Shown: positions 62,329 to 64,000 of the stretch, one piece after another | Position numbering within the stretch: position 1 is the first letter of the stretch | Layout: each line of letters begins with the position of its first letter | Source: Clostridia bacterium | Lineage (GTDB): Bacteria > Bacillota > Clostridia > UBA1212 > DUPL01 | Assembly: GCA_050951325.1 (NCBI GenBank) | Contig: JBMNIW010000008.1 | Span: 312,027 to 376,026 of the forward strand | Direction: 5' to 3' | DNA: 64,000 nucleotides | Translations under genes and position numbers: made by a program | The notes under the pieces: generated by a model | Seen by the model: only the letters and a program-made list of their open reading frames with translations | Database searches by the model: none | What the model was told of the DNA's origin: nothing

Positions 62329-63732
62329 TTACTCGCAATATTCCTCAGGAACTCTCCAAGGATAATTGCCTGTAAAGCATGCATCGCAATACCCACAGTC
62401 AAGCTGCGGAACAATATCCTTGAGTCTTTCCACCGGGAAGAACTCCAGCGAATCCGCTCCAATTATATCTCTCATTTCCTCCCTTGAATACTTTCGGGCA
62501 AAGAGCTCGTCACTTGAGGGTATGTCTATTCCATAATAGCAGGGATTTAAAAACATCGGAGAACTTATTCTCATGTGAACCTCTTTTGCACCTGCATCCC
62601 TAAGCATGGCAACCAGGTTTGCAGAAGTGGTTCCCCTCACAATAGAGTCATCTATCATTATTATTCTTTTACCCTGTATCGTCTCTTTCAATACATTAAT
62701 CTTAAGCTGCACCGCAGACACTCTTTCCGATTGTGTAGCCCTGATAAATGTTCTGCCAACGTATCTGTTAATCACAAGGCCTTTTCCGTAGGGAATGCCT
62801 GATCTGGTGGCATATCCGATTGCAGCATCAATGCCGCTGTCTGGTACGCCAATTACCATGTCTGCATCGACGGGTGCAACCTCTGCAAGGATCGCTCCTG
62901 TGTTTTTTCTAGCCTCATGTACACTCATATTCTCAATAACCGAGTCAGATCTGGCAAAGTATATAAACTCAAAAATGCAGAGTCTTGCATCATTTCTATC
63001 TATTACGTTATCCCTTATGGTTCTGAGTCCATTCTTGTCAACTATGATGATTTCCCCTGGATCCACATCCCTTATATACGTCGCATTTATTGTATCCAAA
63101 GCACAACTTTCCGAAGCAATAACATAGGTGTTGTTCATTTTTCCAAGGCAAAGTGGCCTCATTCCCAAAGGATCCCTGCAGGCAATAAGTTTTTGAGGGG
63201 TCATCATTACAATTGAATACGCTCCCTCAAGCTTCTTCATTATTGATGCAAGAGCTGTTTCTGCTCTTCCTGTTATCATCCTCTCCCTGGCAAGGATATG
63301 CAGCATTATCTCAGCATCCGTTATTGTCTGGAATATGGCTCCTGACAACTCAAGCTGCTTCTTAAGCGCAACATAATTAGATAACTTTCCATTATGAGCA
63401 ATAGCCAGCTGCCCTTTAATATACATGCTAACAAGGGGTTGGGCATTATGAAGACCTTTGTCATCACATGTTGAATATCTGACATGTCCAATTGCCATTT
63501 GACCCTTTAAACTATCAAGCTCTGTATCATTAAACACATCCCCCACATGGCCAAGGCCTCTGTGATGTGTAATCTTTCTATTGTCATTGACAGCTATGCC
63601 GCAGCTTTCCTGCCCTCTGTGCTGCAGTGCAAAAAGTCCGGCATACGTCATTCTTGCCACATCGTATCCATCTTTATCATAGATTCCAAATATTCCACAT
63701 GCATCTCTCAACTTGTCTTCTTCATGGGGCAT
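62329..63732 (-). CDS. purF: Amidophosphoribosyltransferase
   Basis: Propeptide then CGIFG, QHRGQE, GHVRYST, DDSIVRGTT, C-terminal CDACF; start at MPHEED. Confidence 0.96.
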   Translation of the reverse strand: MPHEEDKLRDACGIFGIYDKDGYDVARMTYAGLFALQHRGQESCGIAVNDNRKITHHRGLGHVGDVFNDTELDSLKGQMAIGHVRYSTCDDKGLHNAQPLVSMYIKGQLAIAHNGKLSNYVALKKQLELSGAIFQTITDAEIMLHILARERMITGRAETALASIMKKLEGAYSIVMMTPQKLIACRDPLGMRPLCLGKMNNTYVIASESCALDTINATYIRDVDPGEIIIVDKNGLRTIRDNVIDRNDARLCIFEFIYFARSDSVIENMSVHEARKNTGAILAEVAPVDADMVIGVPDSGIDAAIGYATRSGIPYGKGLVINRYVGRTFIRATQSERVSAVQLKINVLKETIQGKRIIMIDDSIVRGTTSANLVAMLRDAGAKEVHMRISSPMFLNPCYYGIDIPSSDELFARKYSREEMRDIIGADSLEFFPVERLKDIVPQLDCGYCDACFTGNYPWRVPEEYCE

Positions 63733-63893
63733 AAACAGGAACTCCTTCAATGAAAATATTCTAGACAAACTATTATACCACGTTTTTTCAGCATGTGTAA
63801 AGAAAGTGCCCAGGTGTCTTCTTTTTCCTTTCATGCATTTACAGTCAGGTTTTTATAGGTTATAATTTTCTTAAAAAAGAGTAAGGAGAACAC

Positions 63894-64000
63894 ATGAGAA
63901 AGTTAAACAAGGAACTACTAAACAAAAAAATTGAAGAAAGATTTAACCAGGATATTAAGAACAACGTAATTACATGTGGAGCTGCAATAGTTACACAGAA
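63894..64000 (+). CDS. 5' end of a gene running off the window (possibly a serine hydrolase/beta-lactamase family member)
   Basis: AAGGAG RBS; MRKLNKELLNKKIEERFNQDIKNNVITCGAAIVTQ. Confidence 0.5.
   Translation, partial: MRKLNKELLNKKIEERFNQDIKNNVITCGAAIVTQ

Overview
This is a 64-kb chromosomal window from a low-GC anaerobic Firmicute (Clostridia-like; inferred from gene content). The right half (~31-64 kb) is mostly housekeeping: tRNA-Ile2(CAT), copA-copZ-csoR, birA-bioY with a BirA operator, trkAH, pilD, an Fe/B12-type ABC permease and ATPase, SpoIID/LytB-queA-tgt-yajC, asd-dapA-dapB and purF. The left half (~2.8-31 kb) is accessory and partly decaying. It holds (1) a ~1,055-aa ECF sigma factor split by one frameshift, with an ~870-aa C-terminal extension of TPR-like helices and a duplicated beta-rich module, plus a candidate ECF promoter and an upstream PP2C phosphatase; (2) an internally deleted IS4 element inserted into an intrinsic terminator; (3) an intact IS200/IS605 element (tnpA, a zinc-ribbon-less tnpB, structured omega-RNA) whose two flanks come from different genes; (4) two further IS605/tnpB relics; (5) a P4-less SAM-I riboswitch over a probably decayed phosphorylase-GNAT gene; and (6) a surface-glycan cluster with duplicated DUF5060/DUF4038 and discoidin genes. 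No CRISPR array, rRNA or prophage was seen. Family assignments come from motif recognition, not database searches, and some single-base frameshifts may be assembly errors.
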